Assembly (NCBI GenBank): GCA_030867685.1
Contig: JAQOWU010000008.1
Span: forward strand, 2,170,001-2,234,000
Source of the DNA: Wickerhamiella versatilis
Taxonomy: Eukaryota
Direction of reading: 5' to 3'
Length of the DNA stretch: 64,000 bases
Position 1 is the first letter of the stretch. The number at the start of each line of letters is the position of its first letter. The notes under the pieces were generated by a model. That model saw only the letters and a program-made list of their open reading frames with translations, did not search any database and had not been told where the DNA came from. Below, one piece after another: positions 19,696 through 29,896 of this stretch. The position numbers were made by a program, and so were the translations under genes.

Positions 19696-21001
19696 GGATG
19701 AAAGTCTGATCAAGGCAGAGAAGGACTACAGCAAGCAGTTGGACAAAGAGCTTCCAGAGATTAGCAAATTGCCAACAGATGATGCTATTGATCGCCTTCT
19801 ACAGTTGGAAAAGAAAATCCGTCAAGCAAGTGACCTGGCAAGTTCAAAGCGGGTCCTAACAGCACTAGTCGATATATGTGCCAAGGGAGTAGCTTGGAAG
19901 CGACTTTGCGAACTCATAGTTGTTCTGTCTAAAAAACATGGCCAGTTGAAGATGGCTACTCAAGCCTTTGTGCAGAAAGTAATAGACGAGTTGCCCGAAG
20001 AAAAGTCACAAAAGGTCGAGGTCATTGATACAATCAGGCAGGTTTCGGAAGGCCGCATTTTTCTTGAACTCGAGCGTGCCCGTGTCACGCGTACTCTAGC
20101 TTATATTAAGCTTGATGAGGGAGACGTAGCCACGGCAGCCGATCTTCTAGGAGAATTACAGGTTGAAACGTTCGGCAGTATGAAACTGACTGAGAAGACC
20201 GAATTTATTCTTGAGCAAATTGAGCTGTACATCAAGAAGGGTGATTATTCTTATGCGCAGATTATATCGCGGAAAATCCTTCCCCGCTACTTCCAAGAGA
20301 AGGGTATGGCTGAGCTTAAGCGACGCTATTACGAGCTCTTGGTTCAAATAGATTTACATGAGGATAATTATTTGGGTGCAGCTTTGTCTCTTCGTCAAAT
20401 ATATGATGATTCTAAGGATGATGTGGACCGCCACTCCCTTCTTAAGAGCATGGTTCTGCTCACTGTACTTTCGCCCGTTGGCCCTGAACAGCAAGACATG
20501 CTACACCGTCTATCCCGAGAGCCAGATCTACCTCTCCTCTCGCTTTTTGATCAAGTGGTCAGAATGTTCATTGCTGACGAGCTTATTCGGTGGCCTCGTA
20601 TTGTCGAAGTTTACGGAAATGATTTGCGCTTATCTTGGGTTTTCTCTCCTGGTGAGGAAGGTGAACGTAGATGGGAGTCTCTGCACTCGCGTAACATTGA
20701 GCACAATATCCGAGTGGTTGCCAAGTTTTATTCCCGTATCACTCTTGATGCTCTGGCGGAGCTGCTGGATCTAGGACTGGTAGAAACTGAGCATACATTG
20801 GCTGGTTTGGTCACGAACGGTACTGTCTGGGCTCGAATCGACCGACCAAACCGTATTGTATCCTTTTCGCCTCCAAAAGAAGCAAACGACATACTCAATG
20901 AGTGGAGTAGCAATACCGATAAGCTGCTGGGTCACATCGAAACAATTGGTCACCTTATAGCCAAAGATGAAATGATGCATGGCATCCGGCAGCGCAATTA
21001 A
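19694..21001 (+). CDS. RPN5: 26S proteasome lid subunit Rpn5
   Basis: KAEKDYS, LEKKIRQASDL, SKKHGQLK, LQVETFGSM and a PCI domain (EHNIRVVAKFYSRI...ARIDRP). The ATG is in a GCCGCCACCATGG context. Confidence 0.96.
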   Translation: MDESLIKAEKDYSKQLDKELPEISKLPTDDAIDRLLQLEKKIRQASDLASSKRVLTALVDICAKGVAWKRLCELIVVLSKKHGQLKMATQAFVQKVIDELPEEKSQKVEVIDTIRQVSEGRIFLELERARVTRTLAYIKLDEGDVATAADLLGELQVETFGSMKLTEKTEFILEQIELYIKKGDYSYAQIISRKILPRYFQEKGMAELKRRYYELLVQIDLHEDNYLGAALSLRQIYDDSKDDVDRHSLLKSMVLLTVLSPVGPEQQDMLHRLSREPDLPLLSLFDQVVRMFIADELIRWPRIVEVYGNDLRLSWVFSPGEEGERRWESLHSRNIEHNIRVVAKFYSRITLDALAELLDLGLVETEHTLAGLVTNGTVWARIDRPNRIVSFSPPKEANDILNEWSSNTDKLLGHIETIGHLIAKDEMMHGIRQRN

Positions 21002-21056
21002 AATTTTTGGTGCAGGCACCTGCGCTGCTCATAAGTAGCTAATAATTAGCTTAGAC

Positions 21057-21842
21057 CTAAGAATCGCCCTCCCTCCGTTTACGAGCGCTTTCCTTCAGCT
21101 CATCCCATCGGCTTTTCAATTTAGATACTTGAATTCGTAGCTGATCATTTTCAGCTCGCAATCTGTCAACCTCTTGGGTATGCTCATCATTAATTCGTTG
21201 TTCTCGTTGGGCAAGTTCCTGCCGTAGCTGGCTCAAACCGTGCTCTAATACTACTCTTTGAGCCTTCATTGCAGATTCATACGCCTGTGCGCGCTCTGCG
21301 GTGTCAGTAGGGCCTTGTGAAGGACTGCTCACTGTATGCTTTCCGTGGGAGACAAGATAAAAGCTCTCGCTCGGGTCCGACCTGCCCACGAGAATTGCTT
21401 GCTCAAGAGACCTTGTAAACGCTGCGGAAGCCCTGCCTACTAAAGAATTGAGGGCATCTCCACTAGGTGTATTGATCATGTACTGGCTAACCTGGGGGGA
21501 TGCGATTGTGCTGGGAGCAGCCACCGGGGTTTGCTGGCCTTGACTGGAAGTTCTAGCGGCCGCCAGATGAGATTGCTGAGACAAATTGCGGCGGACATCT
21601 TGCTTTGCCTTGTCACTACGAAAGTATTCCGCTCTAGACCGCTGCTGGGAGGCCAGCGCTGCGAGAACCGCTCGCGCCGGAGTTTGAGGAGATGTTTCAA
21701 TCACTTCGTCGAATTTTTCCGCTGCTTCATCAAACAGTAATGCTGCTTTCACATAATTACCTGCCATTGAGGCGGCATCTGCATTCTTAGTGGCCGTATA
21801 CGCGTGGTTCAAAGGTGGGGAGTCATCCGTGAAATCCGACAT
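21057..21842 (-). CDS. ATG38: Atg38/NRBF2-like protein (MIT domain plus C-terminal coiled coil)
   Basis: N-terminal three-helix MIT-like region. C-terminal ENDQLRIQVSKLKSRWDELKESARKRR resembles the Atg38 dimerisation tail. Confidence 0.7.
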   Translation of the reverse strand: MSDFTDDSPPLNHAYTATKNADAASMAGNYVKAALLFDEAAEKFDEVIETSPQTPARAVLAALASQQRSRAEYFRSDKAKQDVRRNLSQQSHLAAARTSSQGQQTPVAAPSTIASPQVSQYMINTPSGDALNSLVGRASAAFTRSLEQAILVGRSDPSESFYLVSHGKHTVSSPSQGPTDTAERAQAYESAMKAQRVVLEHGLSQLRQELAQREQRINDEHTQEVDRLRAENDQLRIQVSKLKSRWDELKESARKRREGDS

Positions 21843-22021
21843 GCCCACAGGCTTGTGGGTCTATTTTTGAGTATCCTTAGGTTTTCGAATACTTCCCTTT
21901 AATCCAAGAGATCTTCGCTGGTGTCAACAATGCCAATCCAAGTGGACCCTCAGAATTAAGTTTCTAACCCAATACTTCCTAATCATCTGGGTCAGGGCAC
22001 AAGCGGAGGAGAGAGGACTCG

Positions 22022-23206
22022 ATGAATCGCTCAGAGTTCTGGCTAGATCTATCTGAGGTAGCATCTGCTGCAGATGCGCAGCCGCAAGACATGATAGATC
22101 TATTCGTAGAATTTGTGGTCGCGCATATTGTTGAGCTGGATCGTGTGGACCTGGATGATTGCGCAAGCCTCTTAATTGGATCAAATGCTTGGAAGACACG
22201 TCATGAGGCGGCTGTTGAGCATCTTTGGTCACTCTTTACCGTTGCTGATCGGTACGAAAGGGACACTATTTTATTTCTTGGCCTGCTTGCCTACCATGAT
22301 CAAGGGAAGCTTTTGAACCTAGTAGAATCAGGATTTCTATCTCTTGCCTCGGTAGTTAATGTTATGTGGCTGTTTCGATATACCGAGCCTGAAGTGTGTG
22401 GACTTTACATGGATATTTTATGTGCATTAGGTCGAGCCCGGTGGTGTAAGGATGAGGTTGCACGTATCAGTCCTAGTGTTATCCTGTTCCTATTCACACA
22501 GGGATGTGATGATGATAGTGATTTGAAAGAAACGTCACTATTACTTCTCCTTGTCCTGAGTGACCAATTCGAATCAAGTGGACTAACAAACGAGGTTCTT
22601 TCTGTTTTAGGGACTCACAAAAAGAGGTTTAGGAGTTTAGGTGCTTCTCTGGTGATGCTTTGGAACAGATCAACCAGCAAAACAATTGATATTCTTGTAT
22701 CCCGCTTCATGGCCCAGGCTTTCGGTTGTCCCCAAACTTCTGACTTCTTGTATACCAATGACTTAATTGTGTTCGTTGAGATTCTTTTGAGAGACCTGAG
22801 TGAGACTGAAAGTGAGGTGACTACATGTTACCTGAGAGTTCTCTATGTTTTACTGCACAATACTACATTGAGACAGTGCTTCGCCGACTTAAAAAGTACC
22901 ATTGTTCATACACTTCGTCTTGCGATGGAACGAACCTCTCCAAAAGATGCTGAGATAGCATCTGGTTGCCTTCAAATCAGATGGTTGGGGTGGGCATCGC
23001 CCTCATTATACCCTTCCGCTTCTCCGAGTGGGAAGTCGTCGTCACCAGCCTTTTCCGACGACTCTGAGTATGAGGATGAAATCCGGATCCCCCCAGCGCC
23101 ACGGCCGCACCCACCAGTACCTCTACCTAGAGGTAGTACTATTAGAAAAGCCCCTCCACCTCCCCCGCCCTCACGATACAGTCTATCCAATGGCAGATGG
23201 CAATAG
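22022..23206 (+). CDS. LDB17: Ldb17/Dip1 (SPIN90/WDS family Arp2/3 activator)
   Basis: FLYTNDLIVFVEILLRDL and YLRVLYVLLHNT motifs, with a proline-rich C-terminus. Confidence 0.8.
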   Translation: MNRSEFWLDLSEVASAADAQPQDMIDLFVEFVVAHIVELDRVDLDDCASLLIGSNAWKTRHEAAVEHLWSLFTVADRYERDTILFLGLLAYHDQGKLLNLVESGFLSLASVVNVMWLFRYTEPEVCGLYMDILCALGRARWCKDEVARISPSVILFLFTQGCDDDSDLKETSLLLLLVLSDQFESSGLTNEVLSVLGTHKKRFRSLGASLVMLWNRSTSKTIDILVSRFMAQAFGCPQTSDFLYTNDLIVFVEILLRDLSETESEVTTCYLRVLYVLLHNTTLRQCFADLKSTIVHTLRLAMERTSPKDAEIASGCLQIRWLGWASPSLYPSASPSGKSSSPAFSDDSEYEDEIRIPPAPRPHPPVPLPRGSTIRKAPPPPPPSRYSLSNGRWQ

Positions 23207-23498
23207 CACAAGCAGTTTTTGTTTTGGTAATTGCTTTCTTGATTTTTAATTGAGAACTTATGTTCCATATGTAAAATTCTTATTCTTAATTTGTATTATG
23301 ATCTGTTACTACTCCGACCTCACCCACTTTCTCCAATTTACTGGTTTATTATAGGTAAAAGCAATATGAAGCTTTTCTAGCTAGCGTTTTGTGGCTTGAT
23401 CAAAATCATGGCGACCTTTTATTCGCGCCTTTGTATCCTTTTTTTCGTCATTTGTTCCTTCGCCTTAGTCTTGGTTATCTCATCCCTAACCTTCCCCG

Positions 23499-24653
23499 AT
23501 GGCCCTCCTCCATAGATGGACCATCATAAGAGCTTCAGGGAGGCGCCTGTTGCACTCAAAACCAGTGGATGATGTTATAAAACCTCAAAATCTCAGTGAG
23601 AAGTATGAAACAGATATTATGATTCGCCGTCACGCTGAAAATACTCCGCGTACGATACATCTCCAAAATCTTGTGAAGTTCAAAGACGTATCACCTATAC
23701 CCGAGAATGCACTTTTGGAAAATGCCGCTGAAGTTATACAAGAGGTTACCGTGCGGCTAGGGCGCCGATTGAGAGCGTTACAAGATCTCCCTTTTCTGGT
23801 TGTTTTAAATCCGAAAATAGCTCGTCTATACGGAATCTACTACAACTCATTCAGAGTAATGAGTTCTTTCAAGCCTCCTAAGAGTATTAAGGAAAACAAG
23901 GAGTTTGTTGATGTCTTGCACTCACTGGTTAGCGTCCATTCAGATACGGTACCGTTAATGGCTTATGGATACCAACAAGCAATCCAAAGAAATCTCCTCA
24001 ACCCAAAAGAAGTGAATTCTTTGATCAACGAGCATATAAATGCCCGTATTGGCACACGTCTGCTGGCAGAACACCACATAGCCCTTACGAACCCTATAGG
24101 CCCGAATTTTGTCGGCTGCATCCAAAAGGATCTTTGCCCGGCAGACAAAATCTTAGAGTGTGCTCGCGTTGCAGCAGAACTCTGTAGTATAGAGTACGGA
24201 GCTACCCCTACGGTCAAGTTTGACATGGGCACACAAGTTAAATTGGCTTACTCCCCAAATCATTTGGAGTACATGGTTATGGAAGTTTTAAAGAATGCAT
24301 TTCGAGCATTATGTGAGTCAAATCATGCTGATATTCCAGTGCTGGTTACCGTTATTCAGAGCGGCCAGGGCGTCATAATTCGTGTCCGTGATAGAGGGGG
24401 AGGGGCAGCACCTTCAATTGAACAGCATCTATTCCAATTCGCATACAGTACTGTTGAACAGGATTCCAATGAGCAAAATGATCCTAGCCTTAACCCACTT
24501 GCTGGATTGGGCTTTGGATTACCACTTAGCAAAGCCTATGCAGAGTATTTTGGTGGTAAATTACAACTACAAACTTATGACGGGCTTGGAACAGATGTGT
24601 ATCTCACCCTTAAATCACCCATGCTAACGGGTTATAGCAGAGATGTAGAATAG
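23499..24653 (+). CDS. Mitochondrial alpha-ketoacid dehydrogenase kinase (PDK/BCKDK, Pkp2-like)
   Basis: Presequence, RIGTRLLAEHHIAL, EVLKNAFRA (N box), DRGGG (G1) and GLGFGLPLS (G2). Confidence 0.88.
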   Translation: MALLHRWTIIRASGRRLLHSKPVDDVIKPQNLSEKYETDIMIRRHAENTPRTIHLQNLVKFKDVSPIPENALLENAAEVIQEVTVRLGRRLRALQDLPFLVVLNPKIARLYGIYYNSFRVMSSFKPPKSIKENKEFVDVLHSLVSVHSDTVPLMAYGYQQAIQRNLLNPKEVNSLINEHINARIGTRLLAEHHIALTNPIGPNFVGCIQKDLCPADKILECARVAAELCSIEYGATPTVKFDMGTQVKLAYSPNHLEYMVMEVLKNAFRALCESNHADIPVLVTVIQSGQGVIIRVRDRGGGAAPSIEQHLFQFAYSTVEQDSNEQNDPSLNPLAGLGFGLPLSKAYAEYFGGKLQLQTYDGLGTDVYLTLKSPMLTGYSRDVE

Positions 24654-24685
24654 CTATAAAGTAATTAATCTCAATTAAAAATTTT

Positions 24686-27600
24686 TCAGTCTAATATAGC
24701 ACGGCCTCGCTTGCGTTGTCGTAGGATAGCCTTAAACTCTGGTGAATTCCATTGCCTGTGTCTTAATTTCCTTAAAACCTCAAAACCTTCTCTGGCAGTT
24801 TCCAGATCCGTACCGAATTTCTCTATCAATGAAGATGCACCTGCAAACACTAATGCTTCATCGGCCACGTCCCCGTCAAGCCCATAGTGACGTCTGGCCC
24901 AGAACAAAAAGGCATATGCCACAATCATAATTGCAACTTGAGTTGCCGTATTCGCATTATCAGCACAGTTAAATCCAGTGATAACGTTGTCAAGCTTCTC
25001 TACAAGTAGCTTCGCATCATTGGTAGTTAATTGCGCTTTTCCCAGAGACGAGGTGAATGCAATACAATAGTCCTTGTCTTTGTGAGGAAGTGCTTCCACC
25101 AAACGAACTATTGCCGATCCCAACGTTTTCGACCGTGAAGTCAAAATGTGCCAGAGCTGAGCCAGACCGCAATCTCCTTGAAGATCGCCAGAGCGCGTCT
25201 TCTTTTGACGATGTACAATAGCGGCCATAAACGAATCAGGGAATTTCTTAGTGACCAGCAGAACGTTTCTATCACAAAATTTCTCGAAGCACCAGAGAGC
25301 AATTTGGGCCAATTCAGTGTTGCTTGATGTGACCAACGAAGCAATTGAGGGTAGCGCTCTTGCGACGTCAGCTCTATCCTGATCTACCGTTTTAGCCACA
25401 ACCTGCATAGCTGTGACAGACTGGCTATCCTCATCCAGAACTCGTGTCAATATATCATCAAAGTGCTGCTGGAAAAGTCCCATCTTAGCATATTCGCCAA
25501 AATCGGTCTCAGAGTTTCCAAACAGTTGCTTCTCCAGAACTGTTCCACTTAATTTCTTTGAAGTGGTGCTCTTCGAATTCCACATTTGCTTATAGAGAAG
25601 CTCCATGACCTGAGCGGCATCTGAACTGTACAAATCATCCATCGATACCCTGCAAAGTTCCCTAAAGATAGGCAGTGCAAACAGTTCGTTATATGAAGAG
25701 CACAATCGGAAAACCACGCGAAGAAGCATTAAGCGAAGTGGTGATCCTTTATCTAATTGGTCCAGAGCCAAGCGACAAAATGATTCTACCAATTTAGAGA
25801 CTCGATTGCGAGCAGAGTTATAAGCGGCTTCGTCAGTGTCTCTTATACTCTCAGGGTCTGGCCAGAAACGAGACAGTTCGACAATTGCGGAGATCCGCGC
25901 ATACACCACTGTGTCTTTTGGGTCACGGGTTTCCAAAACTGCGGAGGCCTTCTCTATAAGTTCCATTAGATCTGCCTGCCTTGCACGAACTTGCTGAGTT
26001 GATCCGAGGAGACTAAGCTGCCAAAGAATTGGGCCTATGTACTCAAACTCTGGCTCTGAGGCTGAAGAAACAAGATGCTTCATCTGTGAGAACATCTCAG
26101 TCGCTAAGCGAGGGCCAAGAATGAGCCTAGGTCGGCACGTAAAAGCCGCATATAACATTCTCCATGACGCTAACCGACGATCAAGAGGAGACTCTCGATT
26201 TTTTGCAGTTTCAAAGAGGGGTTTTAACTGTGCCAGGGGCATGCACCTACCGTTCTCTTCCAAGAAAATTGCTGCCGTGGGGAGGTCGTCATGTTTCAGC
26301 AAATTCATCACTAGATTCTGCACATGCTTCCTGTTAGCTTCGTTTTGCAATAACGGAGTTAGTGAATCGCGCAGCAGGTGGTGCCAAGTCGAGCCCAGCT
26401 GAAAAATGCCTAGTATTGCCTTGGCCAAAGGGTCGGGACCTGCCCACCCTTGGCCACCATTAAATAGGTGAGTGAATGCTTCTTTCCCTGTTTCTCTCAC
26501 TGACTTCTCAGAGTCTGCACAGAGCTTCAAAATATTTTTCAAACAAATGAGCTGGATATCACTGCTCTTGGATCGGCAACACCAGTCAACAAGCATGCCT
26601 GCCACCCTCTTCTTATACGAAGACGTACCGGGAGTCCCAAATCTTTGCGCCAAGGCATTTATTGTTTTTTGATCCTGTTCTGAGTCAAGCTCTCTTGATT
26701 CTAAGTAAGTGCCGCAAACTTGAGCCACCGCATCACATAGCGATGGTCCTCCGCTTCTCAATTTAAAAAGCAGCCCCGAATACCAGTAACGAGGGTCTTT
26801 TTGAATGCAGCAATCCAGAACCTTGAGTATTTCTACTTGGTATTTCTCCGAGATGTCATTATCTCGGGATATTTCCAGAATCAGCTGGGACAATTGGGAA
26901 TAATAAAGGCTAACTGGCCATTGTCTCAGTACACCTGACCAACGCTCGCCAGGAAATGTATTTGGCCCTTTGCAATTCTCTGTTATTTGCGAATGTAAAT
27001 CAAAATATGGCTGGTTAGGAAGTAGACACTGACGAGACGCGAGGTACTGAGCCGCCAACGATCTCTTTTGCGACGATAAATGCCACAACTCGGCAATAAC
27101 ATCTTCAGCATTCCCTGGGGTGGCACCTACGCTTATCGACCACAAAGAGTCATGCAAGGTACGAACCATATCAAGAGCAAATACAGGATAAGCTTTATCC
27201 TTGTGGCTTACTCCAGACATGGTAAATAATGATGCCAAAAAGCAGCTGACCAAAATTTCAGCTCCTGGACACTCGGGGCACCGAAGAGCATTGGCAAAGT
27301 CTTCGACCAGCGATTGAGCAGCCGATCGAGATCGGTCAGCCCTTCCTCGGGTATATGCACGGTCTATTATAGTACTTGATATCTGGTTGCATACTTTCAG
27401 AGCATCAAGATGATATTTTTGTGCCTCTGACTCCAGCAGAGAGCGGTCCCTGATACTACAGGCCCTATCCCACACCCTTAAAGGAATAGAACCTGCAGCG
27501 GCAACGAACTGTAGTAGTAGGCCACTACCGCGATAAATAAATTCCTGTTTCAATCCTGAAGATGATAAAGGAAGACCCCGGACTTTTTTCAATGAACTAT

Positions 27601-28234
27601 ACTGTCGGAAGTAGGCCTCAAGAGTATCACTGACGATGCTAGAGCGTGAGCCAGGAAACACGACAAAGACTGCCACGAGTAGGTCTCCAAATACACGGCG
27701 CCCTTTGTCTATAACTGGGCTATTATGATTTTCGGGAAGGAATACCCATTTCATACCGCAAGTAACCAATGAATAGCATTGGAAATCCTCTAAGAGGTGA
27801 CGGTATACGAGTTCCGTCCAAAGTATAGCAACCTGACTTATATGTACAATAACGAAATTTGGAAGCTCTGGCCTAAGTGCTAAATCGCGATAGGCAGCAG
27901 AGATACGCTCAATGTTCTCGGATGTTGCCAGATGCCGAGTATTTTCCACAGTGAGCCATAATCGTAGCACTAGCTCACACATGGCAGCAATCATTTCTGG
28001 TGCGTCCTCCCCACGTTTTAGTATTGGGGGTAAGTGAGACATAACGCACTCTGCCTCACTTAGAGTGACCGTAGGACGTGATGCAAGAGACCAGCATAAC
28101 CGCTGAATTGACGGAGTCTCGTAGGGAGAATCGAGAAATGATGATAGGGCCAAGCCATAATCATCCTGTGCAGCTTCCTTTCTATTTTTAATGGATGCTG
28201 GAGCCACATTATAAGTGGTGGTCCTGGCCGCCAT
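24686..28234 (-). CDS. SCC2: Divergent cohesin loader Scc2/NIPBL
   Basis: LVEDFANALRCPECPGAEILV resembles the Scc2 'EDL...PEWPAAEL' motif. Cohesin HEAT segment LKVLDCCIQKDP...CDAVAQVCG...QRFGTPGTSSYKKRV. First ATG at 28234. Confidence 0.65.
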   Translation of the reverse strand: MAARTTTYNVAPASIKNRKEAAQDDYGLALSSFLDSPYETPSIQRLCWSLASRPTVTLSEAECVMSHLPPILKRGEDAPEMIAAMCELVLRLWLTVENTRHLATSENIERISAAYRDLALRPELPNFVIVHISQVAILWTELVYRHLLEDFQCYSLVTCGMKWVFLPENHNSPVIDKGRRVFGDLLVAVFVVFPGSRSSIVSDTLEAYFRQYSSLKKVRGLPLSSSGLKQEFIYRGSGLLLQFVAAAGSIPLRVWDRACSIRDRSLLESEAQKYHLDALKVCNQISSTIIDRAYTRGRADRSRSAAQSLVEDFANALRCPECPGAEILVSCFLASLFTMSGVSHKDKAYPVFALDMVRTLHDSLWSISVGATPGNAEDVIAELWHLSSQKRSLAAQYLASRQCLLPNQPYFDLHSQITENCKGPNTFPGERWSGVLRQWPVSLYYSQLSQLILEISRDNDISEKYQVEILKVLDCCIQKDPRYWYSGLLFKLRSGGPSLCDAVAQVCGTYLESRELDSEQDQKTINALAQRFGTPGTSSYKKRVAGMLVDWCCRSKSSDIQLICLKNILKLCADSEKSVRETGKEAFTHLFNGGQGWAGPDPLAKAILGIFQLGSTWHHLLRDSLTPLLQNEANRKHVQNLVMNLLKHDDLPTAAIFLEENGRCMPLAQLKPLFETAKNRESPLDRRLASWRMLYAAFTCRPRLILGPRLATEMFSQMKHLVSSASEPEFEYIGPILWQLSLLGSTQQVRARQADLMELIEKASAVLETRDPKDTVVYARISAIVELSRFWPDPESIRDTDEAAYNSARNRVSKLVESFCRLALDQLDKGSPLRLMLLRVVFRLCSSYNELFALPIFRELCRVSMDDLYSSDAAQVMELLYKQMWNSKSTTSKKLSGTVLEKQLFGNSETDFGEYAKMGLFQQHFDDILTRVLDEDSQSVTAMQVVAKTVDQDRADVARALPSIASLVTSSNTELAQIALWCFEKFCDRNVLLVTKKFPDSFMAAIVHRQKKTRSGDLQGDCGLAQLWHILTSRSKTLGSAIVRLVEALPHKDKDYCIAFTSSLGKAQLTTNDAKLLVEKLDNVITGFNCADNANTATQVAIMIVAYAFLFWARRHYGLDGDVADEALVFAGASSLIEKFGTDLETAREGFEVLRKLRHRQWNSPEFKAILRQRKRGRAILD

Positions 28235-28448
28235 TAACGCGTCTTGATGCTTAATATTACGCGTAATTTGCAAATAAGTTTCAATGCGGGACTTATTGCC
28301 AGAGGCCAACGTGGACTCGTAATCACTCTCCTTAATATGATTGAGTTGATGATATTTGGTATAAATTTGATATAGCGGGAAAAACCGTTCGCAAAATATG
28401 TTGCTAGTACAGTTATATATTCCTTGTATTCTCTTCTTTCAATAAGAA

Positions 28449-28519
28449 GCATTGGTGGTTTAGTGGTAAAATTGGTCGTTGCCATCGACTAGCCCCCGGT
28501 TCGATTCCGGGTCAATGCA
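28449..28519 (+). tRNA. tRNA-Gly(GCC), intronless
   Basis: Acceptor GCATTGG/TCAATGC+A, D-arm TGGTTTAGTGG (A box), anticodon arm GGTCG-TTGCCAT-CGACT, T-arm GGTTCGATTCC (B box). Confidence 0.97.
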
Positions 28520-28526
28520 TTTTTTT
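28520..28526 (+). terminator. Pol III poly-T terminator
   Basis: T7 run immediately after the tRNA. Confidence 0.85.
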
Positions 28527-28692
28527 GAATTATTTTTTTTTGCTTTTTGCATATTTGCCATCAATTTCCACTAATGTGCTAAAGAAAAGAATTTTAGCGA
28601 GGCATACACTCTCATTATAAAACCTTTCTGCTAATTCGTATAATCCAATGCATTCTTACTGTAAATAGATATATAAATTTTTATCGCCAAAT

Positions 28693-29286
28693 TCACCGTT
28701 TTGGGTGGAGCTGTGCAGAAGTCCTATCATCAGCATATTCTTTTTTCGGCGGATGCTTCATATTCACTCGCATTTCTGCGTTCAAGAGCCGTAACTCTTC
28801 ATCCGACATAGCGTCCGGAGACTGAGTGTCTATGTCGGCACTTGGTTCCTGAACAACCCGCTGGCCTTCCATCCCTGGCTGCCAGCTAAAGTTCTCACCC
28901 TCTTTGGCTGACATTGACTTCCACCTTAGCTTCGCCTGCTCTGCCAAAATCTTCAGCCGACGTTGGCGAATATTATCTTGAATGAGCTCTTCTAACGTAG
29001 GGGCATTAGCACGAGTGTGCCTTAGCCACTGTATCCACTGAGGCTTCGCCTCGAAGTCTACATAGAGCTTGTGGCGGTCATTAAACTGTACTTTTCGTCG
29101 GAGCCTGTAGGGATTGTTACGATCCAAGTATTCCCAGTAGCTGTTACCCTCCAAGTCATACCCGACAAACCAGGACTTACGGAACGGGACATTCCGCAGC
29201 GACTTCCACTTATGCCAAAGCTGCAGCGGACGGGAGACTGCAATAGTGATAGGCAGCCCACTGCCCGCAGTTCGAGGTGCTGACAT
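28693..29286 (-). CDS. NDUFA12-family protein, likely complex I assembly factor NDUFAF2/B17.2L
   Basis: WKSLRNVPFRKSWFVGYDLEGNSYWE...PQWIQWLRHTRANAPTLEEL. Confidence 0.82.
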   Translation of the reverse strand: MSAPRTAGSGLPITIAVSRPLQLWHKWKSLRNVPFRKSWFVGYDLEGNSYWEYLDRNNPYRLRRKVQFNDRHKLYVDFEAKPQWIQWLRHTRANAPTLEELIQDNIRQRRLKILAEQAKLRWKSMSAKEGENFSWQPGMEGQRVVQEPSADIDTQSPDAMSDEELRLLNAEMRVNMKHPPKKEYADDRTSAQLHPKR

Positions 29287-29294
29287 CAGATGGG

Positions 29295-29762
29295 ATGGAG
29301 GCCGATGATGTTGCGAGTAGACCTCGAGGAGACGGGTCTTCCAGCGAAGGGGGGCTGAGACCAGTCAAACCAGAGCCAATTCTTCTGGAAGATCGGTCGG
29401 CCGCGTCCTCTGAAGGAACCTGGGTTCATGCCGTGTCTATCCCGACCTGGGAAATCGTCGAAGGCGGAGACACAGGCAACGGTGCTGGGTACGCATCATT
29501 TCTGGTCAGTATCCGTACGGCTCGAGGCCAGTACCTGCGATTTTTAAGAAGGTACACCGACTTTGCCGTGCTCCATGATAGCCTAAAAAAAGATTACGAT
29601 AACGTGCCTGATATCCCACCACGGGCTATTGTTGCGAGATTCAATCCTGCATTCCTGGACGAGCGCAGGAGACAGCTCGAATGGTTCCTCATGGAAGTAC
29701 TTCTCGATCCTATTCTCACTAAGTCTGGATCCGTTAGGGCATTCTGCCACGGACAATCATAA
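29295..29762 (+). CDS. YPT35: PX-domain protein Ypt35
   Basis: N-terminal PxP motif (PEPILLED) and a PX domain (RRYTDF...PDIPPR...FLDERRRQLEWFL...LLDP). Confidence 0.8.
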   Translation: MEADDVASRPRGDGSSSEGGLRPVKPEPILLEDRSAASSEGTWVHAVSIPTWEIVEGGDTGNGAGYASFLVSIRTARGQYLRFLRRYTDFAVLHDSLKKDYDNVPDIPPRAIVARFNPAFLDERRRQLEWFLMEVLLDPILTKSGSVRAFCHGQS

Positions 29763-29896
29763 TTTATTATTATCAACAAGTATGGCCCGGCCGGGCCCTC
29801 CAAGATAACCTAAGCCCAGCCAGACCCAGCTAGACCATGTCAGCAATCTAGGCTTAGGGTTAGAATCTAGACCTTCCAGTCACAGCTTATGTGTCA

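Noticed and set aside
28234-28485. 83-aa minus-strand ORF overlapping the tRNA
   Set aside because: It starts inside the tRNA, is AT-rich and is not in the SCC2 frame.
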